33,546 bases of DNA from Chloroflexota bacterium. Its GTDB lineage: Bacteria; Bacteroidota; Bacteroidia; Bacteroidales; VadinHA17. Both the position numbers and the translations under genes were made by a program. Of this stretch, positions 17,129 to 26,719 are shown piece by piece. The notes beneath the pieces were generated by a model. The model worked only from the letters and a program-made list of their open reading frames with translations. It was not told where the DNA came from and did no database searches. The stretch covers positions 1 through 33,546 of the forward strand of contig JBLNAO010000161.1 of the NCBI GenBank assembly GCA_050259395.1, given 5' to 3'. Position 1 is the first letter of the stretch. Every line of letters begins with the position of its first letter.

Positions 17129-18628
17129 TTAAAAGATTTCTTTATCAAAGAATAGCCTTGTCAGCGGCGAGTCACCACCAATTTTAGCTGAAGCAGCCTC
17201 GTAATTCGAAGCATTTAACGTCTGTTCCGAAACCGGATAAAAGAGCCTGACAGGCACCTTGTTGATGCCTTGTTTGTAGTTGGGAGGAGCAAACAATTTT
17301 GGATAATCCAGCCTGCGGTAAGAATTCCAGAGTGTGTTTCCGCGCAGCCAGTAGGCTAACCATGCCTGAGTCCCGATCTTCTGTTTCCAGTCGCTGAATG
17401 CAGTGGAATAAGCCACAGATGGCTGTGCAAGGTATGCATTGGCTTCAGCTGCGGTGCCTCCCCAGTAAAGGATTGATGATCTGACTGCGTTATTATAGTG
17501 TCGTTCAGCAGTTCCGCCTACTGAAAAACCTCTTTCAACAGCTTCGGCCAGCAGGAATTCAGCCTCTGTATAATCCATTATAACCCAGGGTTTGTCCGGT
17601 CTCAGGTGTATTGGGTTGACATGGGAAAATGTTGTGAACCCGTTTGACTGACCCTGTGCTCCGCCAAGATATACGGAAGGCGTACTGCCAATGACAGGGA
17701 TCGCATAAACTCTGAGACGGGGATCGGTGACCGTAATATTTAAGATACTATGTTCAGGTGCAGGCTCTGTTGGCTGCATGGCATCGATCAGATTTGATGT
17801 TATAACATAGTCGTCACGCCCGGATGCAACAAAATCCACATACTGCTGGTTCTGATTAGGAGGCGATACCATGTATTGAAATGACATAACATCACCCTCT
17901 GTAAAGACATAGGGGGCAGCGCTTTCTGTAACAGCTTTCGAATAATTGTTGTCAGTATCGTAAAGCATCAAACCCATCCTGAGCTTTAGAGTGTTTGCGA
18001 ACTTGTACCACATAACAGTACCTTCTGCTGAACCACCAAAGATATTGTCATATCCGTCGGGCATGCCGGTCTCGGTTAGGGTCAGCTTGTTCACGGCTGC
18101 ATCGAGCCGGCTGATAAGATCTTTATAAATGGTCAGGGCGTCATCGTAAGCCGGTGAGGGATTGGTATAATCAAGCGCCTTTGTATATGGCATATCGCCA
18201 AAATTCTCGACAACATAACTCCATGCAAACACTGTCATTATTTCGACAATAGCCAGTTGATTATCGCGCTCTGCCTGGCTGACGCCTAACATCGACTGGG
18301 TTTTCAGCACCTTCGCAGCCTCCTGGTAATTCATCAGGACAAACCTGTACATCGTATTGGACGTGGCTACAGGAATTCCACGTGATGTCATATCATACCT
18401 GCTCTCATCGTAATATGTGGTGTTGGCGAGGTGCTGCATCCACATCAATGTAACATTGAGGTTCACATTTTGATTTGACAACTGGTTGATGAATTGCAGG
18501 GTAGCTCCGTTGTACAGCGATTCACCTGACACAACAGCAAAATCCTTTACGTTCACATTCAGATCCTCCAGTTTGCTGCAGGAAGAAAATGCCAGGAAAA
18601 ATGAAATGAGTATTAATAATTTTTTCAT
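17129..18628 (-). CDS. susD: SusD/RagB family nutrient-binding outer-membrane lipoprotein (SusD-like_2 type)
   Basis: Lipobox FSSC; FGDMPY..AL, KFANTLKLR, DPRL, EAEFLLAEA..RG, IGTQAW, YRRLDYP, PVRLFYP; directly downstream of susC. Confidence 0.95.
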   Translation of the reverse strand: MKKLLILISFFLAFSSCSKLEDLNVNVKDFAVVSGESLYNGATLQFINQLSNQNVNLNVTLMWMQHLANTTYYDESRYDMTSRGIPVATSNTMYRFVLMNYQEAAKVLKTQSMLGVSQAERDNQLAIVEIMTVFAWSYVVENFGDMPYTKALDYTNPSPAYDDALTIYKDLISRLDAAVNKLTLTETGMPDGYDNIFGGSAEGTVMWYKFANTLKLRMGLMLYDTDNNYSKAVTESAAPYVFTEGDVMSFQYMVSPPNQNQQYVDFVASGRDDYVITSNLIDAMQPTEPAPEHSILNITVTDPRLRVYAIPVIGSTPSVYLGGAQGQSNGFTTFSHVNPIHLRPDKPWVIMDYTEAEFLLAEAVERGFSVGGTAERHYNNAVRSSILYWGGTAAEANAYLAQPSVAYSTAFSDWKQKIGTQAWLAYWLRGNTLWNSYRRLDYPKLFAPPNYKQGINKVPVRLFYPVSEQTLNASNYEAASAKIGGDSPLTRLFFDKEIF

Positions 18629-18638
18629 GGTATTCCGA

Positions 18639-21600
18639 TTAAAAGTTAAGTTTTATGTTGAAAGTAAAATCACGGGTAGTGGGAAGTGATCCTGTTGTAT
18701 ACCCCTGGATATTTCCTGCCGTCATTCCCGATTCGGGATCGGCATATGGCAGACTTTTATGTATGATCCAGGGATTGGAAGCTATTGCACTAACTGACAC
18801 TCCTTTGATGAAAGTCCTGGAAAGCAATCCGGAAGGTAGGTTGTACGTTAAAATGATTTCTCTCAACTTTACATATCCTGCATCATATATAGCTGCCGAA
18901 TGGGGCATTAGGCCCGTTCCAAAAGCATCGGCATTGGTGGCATCAACACGGGTTTTATTGGGTGTGCTTAATCCGTCACCGCTGACATTTACACCCTCTA
19001 TGATGTAACCGCCGCTATTAGATGCATAACCTTTGCTGTGGTCATCTTCATCAACCCAGGCGATCGGATCCCTGACAGGATTACCCAGGTCATTGATAAA
19101 AGCGGTCTCCGGATATAATCCGCTTGAGAGGCCGTAATACATGTCGAGCGACCAGATGTCACCACCTTTCTGAATATCAACCAATGCGTGCAGGGATATA
19201 TTCTTATAACTTAATGAGTTGTTTATACCGGCTGTCCAGTCAGGAGTGAAGTTCCCTATAGGGATAGCTGCTGATGTGGTTAATATTGGTGTACCTGTTT
19301 CTTCATCGATAATTATTTTCCCGTTGGCATCATAGGTATAATCCTTGCCCTTGATGGTGCCGTAAGGTTTTCCAACCTCAGCGTTCACTGTTACACCACC
19401 TTGCAGGTTGACTGAATTCAGACGGAGATTCGTAATTCCGGGCAGCAAAGAGACCACCTTATTATTATTCTTCGCCCAGTTTACAGAAACATCCCACCTG
19501 AAGTCTCCGAAATTGAGTGGGTTGGCATTTAATGTAACTTCAATACCTTTATTTTCAAGTTCACCGGCATTGATCATTACGCTTGAGTAGCCTGTTGTCT
19601 GGCTGACAGTCAGTGGTATGATCTGGTCGAGTGAATTGGTTTTATACACCGCCAGGTCGAAGCCAAGACGGGCATTATAGAATGCCATTTCAAGACCGGC
19701 TTCAAGGCTGTTGGTACGTTCATTCTTCAATTCCGAATTCTTCTTTGCCGGGGCGAGCTGAGTGTTTGCGCCATTCATCGGGCTGTTGCCGACGTACATG
19801 TCAATAAGCTGATCAAATCCTGCAAGATTTCCGACCTGTGCATAATTCAGGCGAAGCTTGCCAAGTGACAGCCAGTCGGCTTTAACAAGATTGGAGAAAA
19901 GAAATGCTCCTGTAACTGAAGGATACCGGTATTTATTATTATCCACCGGCAATGTTGAAGCATAATCTTGCCGGAGAGTTCCATCGAGGAACAGGAAATC
20001 CCTGTAACCCAGCGAAGCGCTTACGTAGTAGCTTCTTACACCGACAGTCTGATTGACCTCTATCGGCATCGGCAACGCATTTCTTGTATTTTGAAGGGAG
20101 TAAACCCCGGGTACAGTCAATCCTCCATTTGTTGCATTATAGAAGAACGTGTTATTTGTTCTGCGTTCATTAAAGCCAAGTACCCCGTTAAGGCTGATCG
20201 ATTGCCCCAGCTTTTTATTGAATTTCATCATAAGGTCGAAATTGTATTCGCTGAAGGTATTGTCCCTGCGGATATATCCTGATGTGACCCTTTCGGGAAC
20301 GTTAGCCAGCCCAAACCGCATGGCAACACTTCCTTCAGCTCTTCTTTCTTCCTGCATTTCAAAATATGTATCGGCTGAAATACGTCCAAAAAGATCAAGC
20401 CAGCCTGTAATTTTGTAATTGGCTGATGCATTTCCAATAAAGCGGTTCCTGCTGTCTGTTTCATAGTTCTCAAAGGCATCCCAGTAAGGGTTATTCGAAT
20501 AGATTGGATAATTCAACGATGAATTATAGTTCCAGCTCAAATTTCTTTTTGTGAGCTCATAAGCAGTTTTCAGGTCCCTGAAATCAAGGTTTGTTTGTTG
20601 CCACTGGCGGAAATTTGAAACTATATTCCCGTTGTATCCTGTCGTGTTACGGCCTTTGCCGTTTTGTTTAATATAATTGGCGCTTCCTGCAACAGTAAAC
20701 TTTTTATTGATATTCCACTGCCCGTTCAGAGTTATATTATGTCTCTTCAATGAACTGTTTGGCTGCAATCCTGTAGTGTTGTAGTTGGTATACGACAACC
20801 TGACGGAACTGAAATCAGTCGCTTTGTCAATTGCTACTGTATTTGTGTATGTGTAAGGTGTTTCAAAGAAAGTAATCGGGCCGTTTTTTGAAAATTCATA
20901 AGGTTTTGATTGCATGTACCAGGGCGATTCGGGGTCGACCGAATACCAGCCCCAAATCGGCTGACCGTCGAATGCCGGTCCGAAAGATGCGTCTTCCGTC
21001 GTCTGCAGCCACCTCACCAAAGGATCATTTACCGGATCATTCGTGGTAATACTTCCCGATTTGGTCCTCAATGCAAAATCAGGAGGATCTCCGTAACCAT
21101 AGCCTGCACCATACTGATCCTGGTAGACAGGGAATGTCGATTTATCGATTTTGCTGAAAGTGAAACCGGAACTATATGAAATCCCTAAAGGCGCCTTTTC
21201 ACCTTCATTCAGTATCCGTCCCTTTTTGGTCGTGATCATTATGACGCCTGCGGATGCCCGGGAGCCATAAAGGGCTGTTGCCGCGGAGCCTTTCAAAACA
21301 TTGATTGATTCAATGCTCTCAGGATCAATATCAGCTGCGGCATTGCCATAATCATAACCTGCAACAGTTGCAGCCTGGCCCGGAGTCACACCGACTTCGG
21401 TGTATTTCCCAATAGTATTATTGATAGGAACTCCATCAACAACGTACAATACCTGGTTGCTGTTAACAAGTGATTTGCTGCCGCGGACTATTACGTTGGT
21501 AGAACCACCCATGTTCTGGTTCCTTTGAACCTGCACTCCCGAGATCTTACCCGAGAGGGTATTCATAAAGTTTGAGGTTTTAACCTGGGAAAGAGATTCC

Positions 21601-21983
21601 CCTTTCACTTCCTGGGTTGAATAGCCCAGCGATTTTTTTTCACGCGAAATGCCAAGTGCCGTAACAACAACTTCATCCAACCCCGTTATAGCCGGTTCAA
21701 GGATAACGTTGACAGTGGTTTTTCCAGACACTTCAACTTCCTGTCTCTTCATACCTACATATGAAAACACCAGTGTTGCGCCTTCCTGCTGTACAGGAAG
21801 CGAGTATTTCCCGTTAATATCGGTCAGCGTACCGGCTGTTGTGCCTTTTATTGATACTGTTACACCAACCATCGGTTCTCCTCCATCCAGTGATGTCACA
21901 GTACCGGATACCGACCGGTTCTGTTGTGCTGACAGGAATCCTGAAAGGAGAAAAAGACTGATTATCAAAAAGAGATTCTTCAT
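18639..21983 (-). CDS. susC: SusC/RagA family TonB-dependent outer-membrane transporter
   Basis: CarboxypepD_reg-like N-terminus, LDEVVVTALGISREKKSLGYS, DIDPESIESINVLKGSAATALYGSRASAGVIMITTKKG signature, terminal Phe. Confidence 0.97.
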   Translation of the reverse strand: MKNLFLIISLFLLSGFLSAQQNRSVSGTVTSLDGGEPMVGVTVSIKGTTAGTLTDINGKYSLPVQQEGATLVFSYVGMKRQEVEVSGKTTVNVILEPAITGLDEVVVTALGISREKKSLGYSTQEVKGESLSQVKTSNFMNTLSGKISGVQVQRNQNMGGSTNVIVRGSKSLVNSNQVLYVVDGVPINNTIGKYTEVGVTPGQAATVAGYDYGNAAADIDPESIESINVLKGSAATALYGSRASAGVIMITTKKGRILNEGEKAPLGISYSSGFTFSKIDKSTFPVYQDQYGAGYGYGDPPDFALRTKSGSITTNDPVNDPLVRWLQTTEDASFGPAFDGQPIWGWYSVDPESPWYMQSKPYEFSKNGPITFFETPYTYTNTVAIDKATDFSSVRLSYTNYNTTGLQPNSSLKRHNITLNGQWNINKKFTVAGSANYIKQNGKGRNTTGYNGNIVSNFRQWQQTNLDFRDLKTAYELTKRNLSWNYNSSLNYPIYSNNPYWDAFENYETDSRNRFIGNASANYKITGWLDLFGRISADTYFEMQEERRAEGSVAMRFGLANVPERVTSGYIRRDNTFSEYNFDLMMKFNKKLGQSISLNGVLGFNERRTNNTFFYNATNGGLTVPGVYSLQNTRNALPMPIEVNQTVGVRSYYVSASLGYRDFLFLDGTLRQDYASTLPVDNNKYRYPSVTGAFLFSNLVKADWLSLGKLRLNYAQVGNLAGFDQLIDMYVGNSPMNGANTQLAPAKKNSELKNERTNSLEAGLEMAFYNARLGFDLAVYKTNSLDQIIPLTVSQTTGYSSVMINAGELENKGIEVTLNANPLNFGDFRWDVSVNWAKNNNKVVSLLPGITNLRLNSVNLQGGVTVNAEVGKPYGTIKGKDYTYDANGKIIIDEETGTPILTTSAAIPIGNFTPDWTAGINNSLSYKNISLHALVDIQKGGDIWSLDMYYGLSSGLYPETAFINDLGNPVRDPIAWVDEDDHSKGYASNSGGYIIEGVNVSGDGLSTPNKTRVDATNADAFGTGLMPHSAAIYDAGYVKLREIILTYNLPSGLLSRTFIKGVSVSAIASNPWIIHKSLPYADPESGMTAGNIQGYTTGSLPTTRDFTFNIKLNF

Positions 21984-22048
21984 AGATTATAATAAGTTGA
22001 TTAATAAAAGATGATAATGGACTTACACATAAAATTGAGTGACTTAAT

Positions 22049-22087
22049 AAACAGAGAAAGATCCCCGGCGCGGATCTCTCTCTGTTT
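22049..22087 (-). terminator. Long hairpin (probable terminator or processing/stabilising stem) between the small secreted protein gene and susC
   Basis: 16-bp inverted repeat AAACAGAGAAAGATCC / GGATCTCTCTCTGTTT with a 7-nt loop; the single mismatch is a G-U pair only on the minus strand. Confidence 0.7.
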
Positions 22088-22128
22088 TAACCTAAAACCA
22101 GTGTGAAGATTAACGCCGGTAACGAAAA

Positions 22129-22596
22129 TTAAGCGCCGGAACTCTCTTTCAGAAGCTCGGGGAAGTAGGCGCCTATAAGTCTCATGCAGGTAATTTTGTC
22201 ATTTGGACCGGGGGTGAGCACCCTCTGGTGAAAATAGGCATTCCTGTTCATTGCCTTGTCGGATGTTGTTATTCCATTTACCGAATTCTCTCTCTTGAGT
22301 TTTTCGACTCCGAAATAGTCGCCATTACATACATACTGCACTGATAAGTTATCAGTCATTGTTATGTATCTTTTACATTTCTTGTCTTTGTCGATGGCGA
22401 TGGTTACTGTCAGATCTGAGTTTTCGTAAGAAATAACATAAGTGTCTAGCTCAACACCGTTGACAACCACAGGCTGGTCGGAAGTCTCAATCCTGAAATT
22501 ACCCATTGGGGATTTTCCTTCTGCAACGAGGTCTTTTGCAAAGGATGCACAGCTTATCAATAAGACAAGGAGTGCGGATGTGATGATTCTTTTCAT
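22129..22596 (-). CDS. Uncharacterised secreted protein (155 aa)
   Basis: Sec signal MKRIITSALLVLLISCASFA; own -7 promoter element and downstream hairpin; no recognisable catalytic motif. Confidence 0.85.
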   Translation of the reverse strand: MKRIITSALLVLLISCASFAKDLVAEGKSPMGNFRIETSDQPVVVNGVELDTYVISYENSDLTVTIAIDKDKKCKRYITMTDNLSVQYVCNGDYFGVEKLKRENSVNGITTSDKAMNRNAYFHQRVLTPGPNDKITCMRLIGAYFPELLKESSGA

Positions 22597-22676
22597 TGCT
22601 TTGATTCTTTAATTTTGTAACTAAAATACTGTCCGAAATTTTTTATTTTGTTTTCCTTTTTAATGTTCTGATGAGA

Positions 22677-22777
22677 CAAAATTATATCGGCCTGAATCCT
22701 TAAAAAAACTTATTCAACGAAAAGCATCTATCTGTATATGAACAACATTCCGTTGTGATACCTGCAATGAACAACAT
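22677..22777 (-). promoter_or_regulatory. Promoter of the 155-aa secreted protein with candidate LytTR-binding direct repeats
   Basis: Minus-strand -7 element TAATTTTG at 22677-22684; plus-strand ACGAA (22717) and ATGAA (22738) exactly 21 bp apart; ATGAACAACAT repeated at 22738 and 22767; divergent LytS/LytTR genes adjacent. Confidence 0.6.
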
Positions 22778-22898
22778 GGAAAAACCGTCAAACGACCGTA
22801 AAGTGCAGTGTGCAGCATCAAATATGTAGTTTGAAGCCTCAGCGGGTGTGTTCACAGCAATCCGGGTGAATTGCCTCTATTCTTTCAAATTATGATCG

Positions 22899-22906
22899 TA
22901 TATTTG
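22899..22906 (+). promoter_or_regulatory. Sigma-A -7 element for the histidine kinase/LytTR operon
   Basis: TATATTTG matches TAnnTTTG, 17 nt upstream of ATG 22924. Confidence 0.6.
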
Positions 22907-22923
22907 ATAAAGAATCCATCCTC

Positions 22924-24012
22924 ATGTATAATAAGGAGAACACCGGTACATTCACCAGGAATGTGGTATTTTACATAGCATACTGGATAGTCTATCTGTT
23001 GTTCTTCACGGTACAAAGGCTTTTTGCCATGAAGGAGATTCTTGACAAAATGAAGCCTGATGAGCAGATCGGTGTTTTCATATCCTCTTTTTTTACGAAT
23101 CTTATTTTCCTCCCGATTGTAATAATTGCATCGCATTTTGTTGTGAGTTATCTTCTTCCGAAGCTCTATTTCAGGAACCGCTTCTACCTCTTTTCCTTAT
23201 TTGTCGGTTTAACAATACTTCTTTATCCTGTATTGGTATATGTTATGCGTGTGCTCATTGTTGATAAAATATATCCAAATCCCGAGAAATACAGCATCAA
23301 CAACTATTTTGCCGCCATGCTGATCTTTGTTTTCGGAATGGCGCCGCTTGCCTGGTACGAAATTGCACGGCACCTCAGGGTAGAGGAGCGAGTTCGTCAG
23401 AAGATCGATAAGGACAGGCTTGAAGCATTGCTGAAACTCAAGGAAACCGAGCTAAAGCTTCTGAAAAGCCAGATACAGCCGCACTTTCTTTTCAATACAC
23501 TCAACAACCTTTATTCGCTTGCGCTTGAAAAGTCGGAAAGAACCCCGGATCTTATAATCAGGTTGAGCGACATGCTCAGCTATATCATCTATGACTGCAA
23601 GTCCGAGAAAGTTCCTTTATCTAAAGAGATTGAGTTCATAAAAAATTATATTGAGCTTCAGAAAGTAAGGTTCGAAACCTGCGATGTCTCTTTCACATCG
23701 AAGTGCGAAATGCCTGACAAGATGATAGCGCCCATGATCCTTCACACCTTTATAGACAACAGTTTCAAGCACGGAGCCGAAAAGGATGCAGGCAACCCAT
23801 GGATAAGAATCAGAATTACTTCCAACAACGGAACCCTTTTCTTTGCGGTTATCAACAGCATCAGTGAAGGAACCGCAGCGAATGAAGCCAACCAGGGCAT
23901 TGGCATAGATAATACAAGAAAACGGCTTGAACTTATTTACAGGGAGCGTCATGAACTTGTCCTTCATAATTCAGGAAAGAAATTTTCAGTCTTTCTAAAA
24001 ATGCAGCTGTAA
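22924..24012 (+). CDS. LytS/YehU-type sensor histidine kinase (intramembrane sensing, about 4 TM)
   Basis: H-box LKSQIQPHFLFNTLNNLYSL, LSDMLSYIIY, EIEFIKNYIELQKVR, N-box DNSFKHG, G-box GIGIDN..KRLEL. Confidence 0.95.
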   Translation: MYNKENTGTFTRNVVFYIAYWIVYLLFFTVQRLFAMKEILDKMKPDEQIGVFISSFFTNLIFLPIVIIASHFVVSYLLPKLYFRNRFYLFSLFVGLTILLYPVLVYVMRVLIVDKIYPNPEKYSINNYFAAMLIFVFGMAPLAWYEIARHLRVEERVRQKIDKDRLEALLKLKETELKLLKSQIQPHFLFNTLNNLYSLALEKSERTPDLIIRLSDMLSYIIYDCKSEKVPLSKEIEFIKNYIELQKVRFETCDVSFTSKCEMPDKMIAPMILHTFIDNSFKHGAEKDAGNPWIRIRITSNNGTLFFAVINSISEGTAANEANQGIGIDNTRKRLELIYRERHELVLHNSGKKFSVFLKMQL

Positions 24013-24013
24013 T

Positions 24014-24748
24014 ATGGAGAATCAGAAAACCAGATGCCTCATTATCGATGATGAACCGCTTGCCATCAAGCTGATAAAATCGCATCTTTCCAAACTCGAT
24101 TGCTTCGAAGTTGCAGGCGAGTGCAGGAATGCTCTTAAAGCAATAGAGTTGCTGAGGCATGAAAAGATAGACCTCATGTTTCTCGATATCAACATGCCGG
24201 AAATTACAGGGTTAGATTTCCTGAAAACCATTCCTGATCCTCCGTATGTCATCATTACAACCGCTTACCGGGAATATGCAATCGAAGGGTATGATCTCGA
24301 TGTAGTCGATTTCCTGCTCAAGCCTATTTCATTTGAAAGGTTTCTAAAAGCGATCAACAGGTTCTGCAACCGTACCAGAACAGGCGTATCACAAAATGAA
24401 GAAAGTGTTCCTGAAGCAAAAGAAAAAAAATTCATCCACATACAGGATGGAAAGAATATCTTCAAGCTTCTTTACGAGGACGTTATGTATTTTGAAGGAT
24501 ACGGTGAATATGTGAAAGTAATAACTCCAGGTAAAACATACATTGTAAGGGAATCCCTGACAGAATTTGAAAACAGGCTCGGTCCCGATTCTTTCCTCAG
24601 GATACATAAATCATACATTGTCAATCTCGGGAAAATAAAAGGCTTCAGCACCGTCCATGTTCTTCTCAGCGATATGGACCTTCCGATAGGGAGAATTTAC
24701 CGCGAAAAAGCCATGAATGTTTTAAAGAAGGAATCAGAAGAGGCATAA
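24014..24748 (+). CDS. LytTR family DNA-binding response regulator
   Basis: Receiver IIDDEPLA..FLDINMP..TTAY..FLLKP; LytTR domain YFEGYGEYVKV..FLRIHKSYIVN..LPIGRIYR. Confidence 0.97.
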   Translation: MENQKTRCLIIDDEPLAIKLIKSHLSKLDCFEVAGECRNALKAIELLRHEKIDLMFLDINMPEITGLDFLKTIPDPPYVIITTAYREYAIEGYDLDVVDFLLKPISFERFLKAINRFCNRTRTGVSQNEESVPEAKEKKFIHIQDGKNIFKLLYEDVMYFEGYGEYVKVITPGKTYIVRESLTEFENRLGPDSFLRIHKSYIVNLGKIKGFSTVHVLLSDMDLPIGRIYREKAMNVLKKESEEA

Positions 24749-24780
24749 AAAAGCCCCCGCTTGCGGCAGAGGCTTATTTT
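24747..24780. terminator. Probable bidirectional terminator between the convergent lytTR and yegP genes
   Basis: Minus strand AAGCCTCTGC-cgcaa-GCGGGGGCTT (two G-U pairs) followed by a T run; ATTTT on the plus side. Confidence 0.7.
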
Positions 24781-24796
24781 AATAAAGACATTTATT

Positions 24797-25129
24797 TTAT
24801 TCGACTTCTTTGATTTCGGCTTTGGCTGCATTTGTCTGGACTGACTTGATTCCATTTACGCATCCGCTTTCGCTCTTGTAGTTCTGGCTTACGCCGATAG
24901 TCTGGCTGTTGGCGGCTGTTATGGAAAAACGAAACATGTTCGTCGGGGTTTTGGTTTTGACAACCCTTTTCGGATCTGCAGCATTCTTCTTTACGGACTC
25001 TATTCCGTTAATGCAGGAAGCCTTGCTTGAATATCCTTCACTGCTGAGGATTGTCTGGCCATTATCGGCCTTCAGACGAAAGCGGAATTCACCTTTTTTA
25101 CCGCTCTGGTAAACTTCGAATTTTGCCAT
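24797..25129 (-). CDS. yegP: YegP family protein (tandem DUF1508)
   Basis: Two repeats: FRFRLKADNGQTILSSEGYSSKASCINGIESVKKNA and FRFSITAANSQTIGVSQNYKSESGCVNGIKSVQTNA. Confidence 0.92.
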   Translation of the reverse strand: MAKFEVYQSGKKGEFRFRLKADNGQTILSSEGYSSKASCINGIESVKKNAADPKRVVKTKTPTNMFRFSITAANSQTIGVSQNYKSESGCVNGIKSVQTNAAKAEIKEVE

Positions 25130-25174
25130 TGTTTCAAAGAATTGGTTAATAATATGGTTTAAAAAATTTATTTG

Positions 25175-25624
25175 TTACTTCATGAATTTTCCAAGTATTC
25201 CCTTTGCAGCATTCCCGATAATCCCTTTGCCTGAACCACCAAAGATATCAAGCAGGGGGGAGGGATCATCATCAGGTGTTGAGCTGTTCTTCTTTGTAAT
25301 CATATTAATAAGAGCAGGAATTGCAATGCCGGCAACTTTTCCGGATATTTCACTGGAAAGTCCGAGCTTGCTTACAAGGCCGCTGATTACGCCTGAGGTT
25401 ATATTCGACTGCAATGCATTTGCTCCGGTATTGTTCTGCTGTTTTGAAAAAAGATTCATAACATTTGCGATTCCGCCTCCGGTCATCTGATTACCCACTT
25501 CCTTTTTTGTAACATCTCCAATGATTCCGAATACTTTATCCAATTGTCCCGAGGGAAGCTTGGCCTCGCTCATGATTTTGCCTCCCACTTCCGATTTCAA
25601 ATTACCTATTAAATTTTCCAGCAT
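25175..25624 (-). CDS. Hypothetical helical Gly-rich protein (DUF937/YidB-like)
   Basis: 149-aa ORF with amphipathic helices, LVSKLGLSSE..AGIAIPALIN and a GG..G..LGKF tail; -7 element TATTTTTG at 25651-25658 (minus). The family assignment is tentative. Confidence 0.7.
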   Translation of the reverse strand: MLENLIGNLKSEVGGKIMSEAKLPSGQLDKVFGIIGDVTKKEVGNQMTGGGIANVMNLFSKQQNNTGANALQSNITSGVISGLVSKLGLSSEISGKVAGIAIPALINMITKKNSSTPDDDPSPLLDIFGGSGKGIIGNAAKGILGKFMK

Positions 25625-25745
25625 AACATTAAAGATATTAAGTTAATAATCAAAAATAATAAATTTTTAACACTATCCACACAGAAGTAACAGCCGGGGA
25701 GATGATTTGTCAAATATTTGCTATAATTACACTTTAATTTTTCAA

Positions 25746-26618
25746 ATGAAGGTTACAGGCTTCACTTTTATCCGGAACGCCATAAAGCTCGATTACCCGG
25801 TTGTTGAATCCATAAGGTCGATTCTGCCTTTGTGTGATGATTTTGTAATTGCCGTTGGGAACTCCGACGATGATACCCTGGGCCTCATAAGGAGCATTGA
25901 TGAAAATAAGATAAAGATCGTCGAGACTGTATGGGATGAGTCCCCGGAGATGAAGAAAGGAGGCAGGATTCTGGCAGTTGAAACCGACAAGGCGTTCAGG
26001 GAGGTCCCTGAAGATTCAGACTGGGCATTCTATATTCAGGGTGACGAGGTTGTTCATGAAAAATACCACGAATCAATCCTCTCTTCGATGAAAAGATGGA
26101 AAGATGACGACAAGGTGGACGGGCTCCTTTTCAATTATCTTCATTTTTACGGCTCATACGACTATATCGGATCATCACCAAGATGGTACGATCATGAAAT
26201 CAGGATCATAAAGAACAATAAGAAGATCTATTCTTACAGGGATGCACAGGGTTTCAGGAAAGAGGATAATAAAAAGCTCACTGTAAAAAGAGTAGATGCT
26301 TTTGTTTATCATTACGGCTGGGTCAAAGAACCATCTGTAATGATGAAAAAGCTCATAAATGCCTCTTCATTCTACGACGGTGTGAAATGGCTTAATACCA
26401 AGGATGCTGATGAGAAATTCGATTACTTTGGTGTCGACTCGCTCAAGCATTTTACAGGCACACATCCGCTTGTCATGCAGGAAAGGATCAGGCGGGTTAA
26501 CTGGACATTCGACTATGATATCTCCTTCAATCGTCTTTCTTTCAGGTACAAGGCTAAAATCTTCCTTAAGAATTATCTTGGAATAAATTCCTTTTACGAA
26601 AATTATACCCTGATCTGA
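25746..26618 (+). CDS. Glycosyltransferase family 2 protein
   Basis: MKVTGFTFIRNA..DYP..ESIRSILPLCDDFVIAVGNSDDDT, WAFYIQGDE, VYHYGW; ATG 25746 preferred over TTG 25707. Confidence 0.88.
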   Translation: MKVTGFTFIRNAIKLDYPVVESIRSILPLCDDFVIAVGNSDDDTLGLIRSIDENKIKIVETVWDESPEMKKGGRILAVETDKAFREVPEDSDWAFYIQGDEVVHEKYHESILSSMKRWKDDDKVDGLLFNYLHFYGSYDYIGSSPRWYDHEIRIIKNNKKIYSYRDAQGFRKEDNKKLTVKRVDAFVYHYGWVKEPSVMMKKLINASSFYDGVKWLNTKDADEKFDYFGVDSLKHFTGTHPLVMQERIRRVNWTFDYDISFNRLSFRYKAKIFLKNYLGINSFYENYTLI

Positions 26619-26719
26619 ATCTGCCTTCATAACTCCCCGTCGTTAAATTTTTAACATTAACCGGGAATATTTGACCGACCTTCATTGTCTTTATCTTGAA
26701 TTAACATGATCTTATTAAA

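Noticed and set aside
22088-22100. TAACCTAAA shared with the GH172 leader (31000-31008), suggesting antisense pairing by a 3' UTR
   Set aside because: Only 9 nt of AT-rich sequence typical of Bacteroidota UTRs; not distinguishable from chance.
22549-22596. Lipoprotein call for the 155-aa protein (LLISC)
   Set aside because: The Cys is followed by ASFA-K, a good signal peptidase I site; left as secreted, type unresolved without SignalP.
22885-23136. 83-aa minus-strand ORF over the start of the histidine kinase
   Set aside because: Antisense to a clear gene, no motif; shadow ORF.
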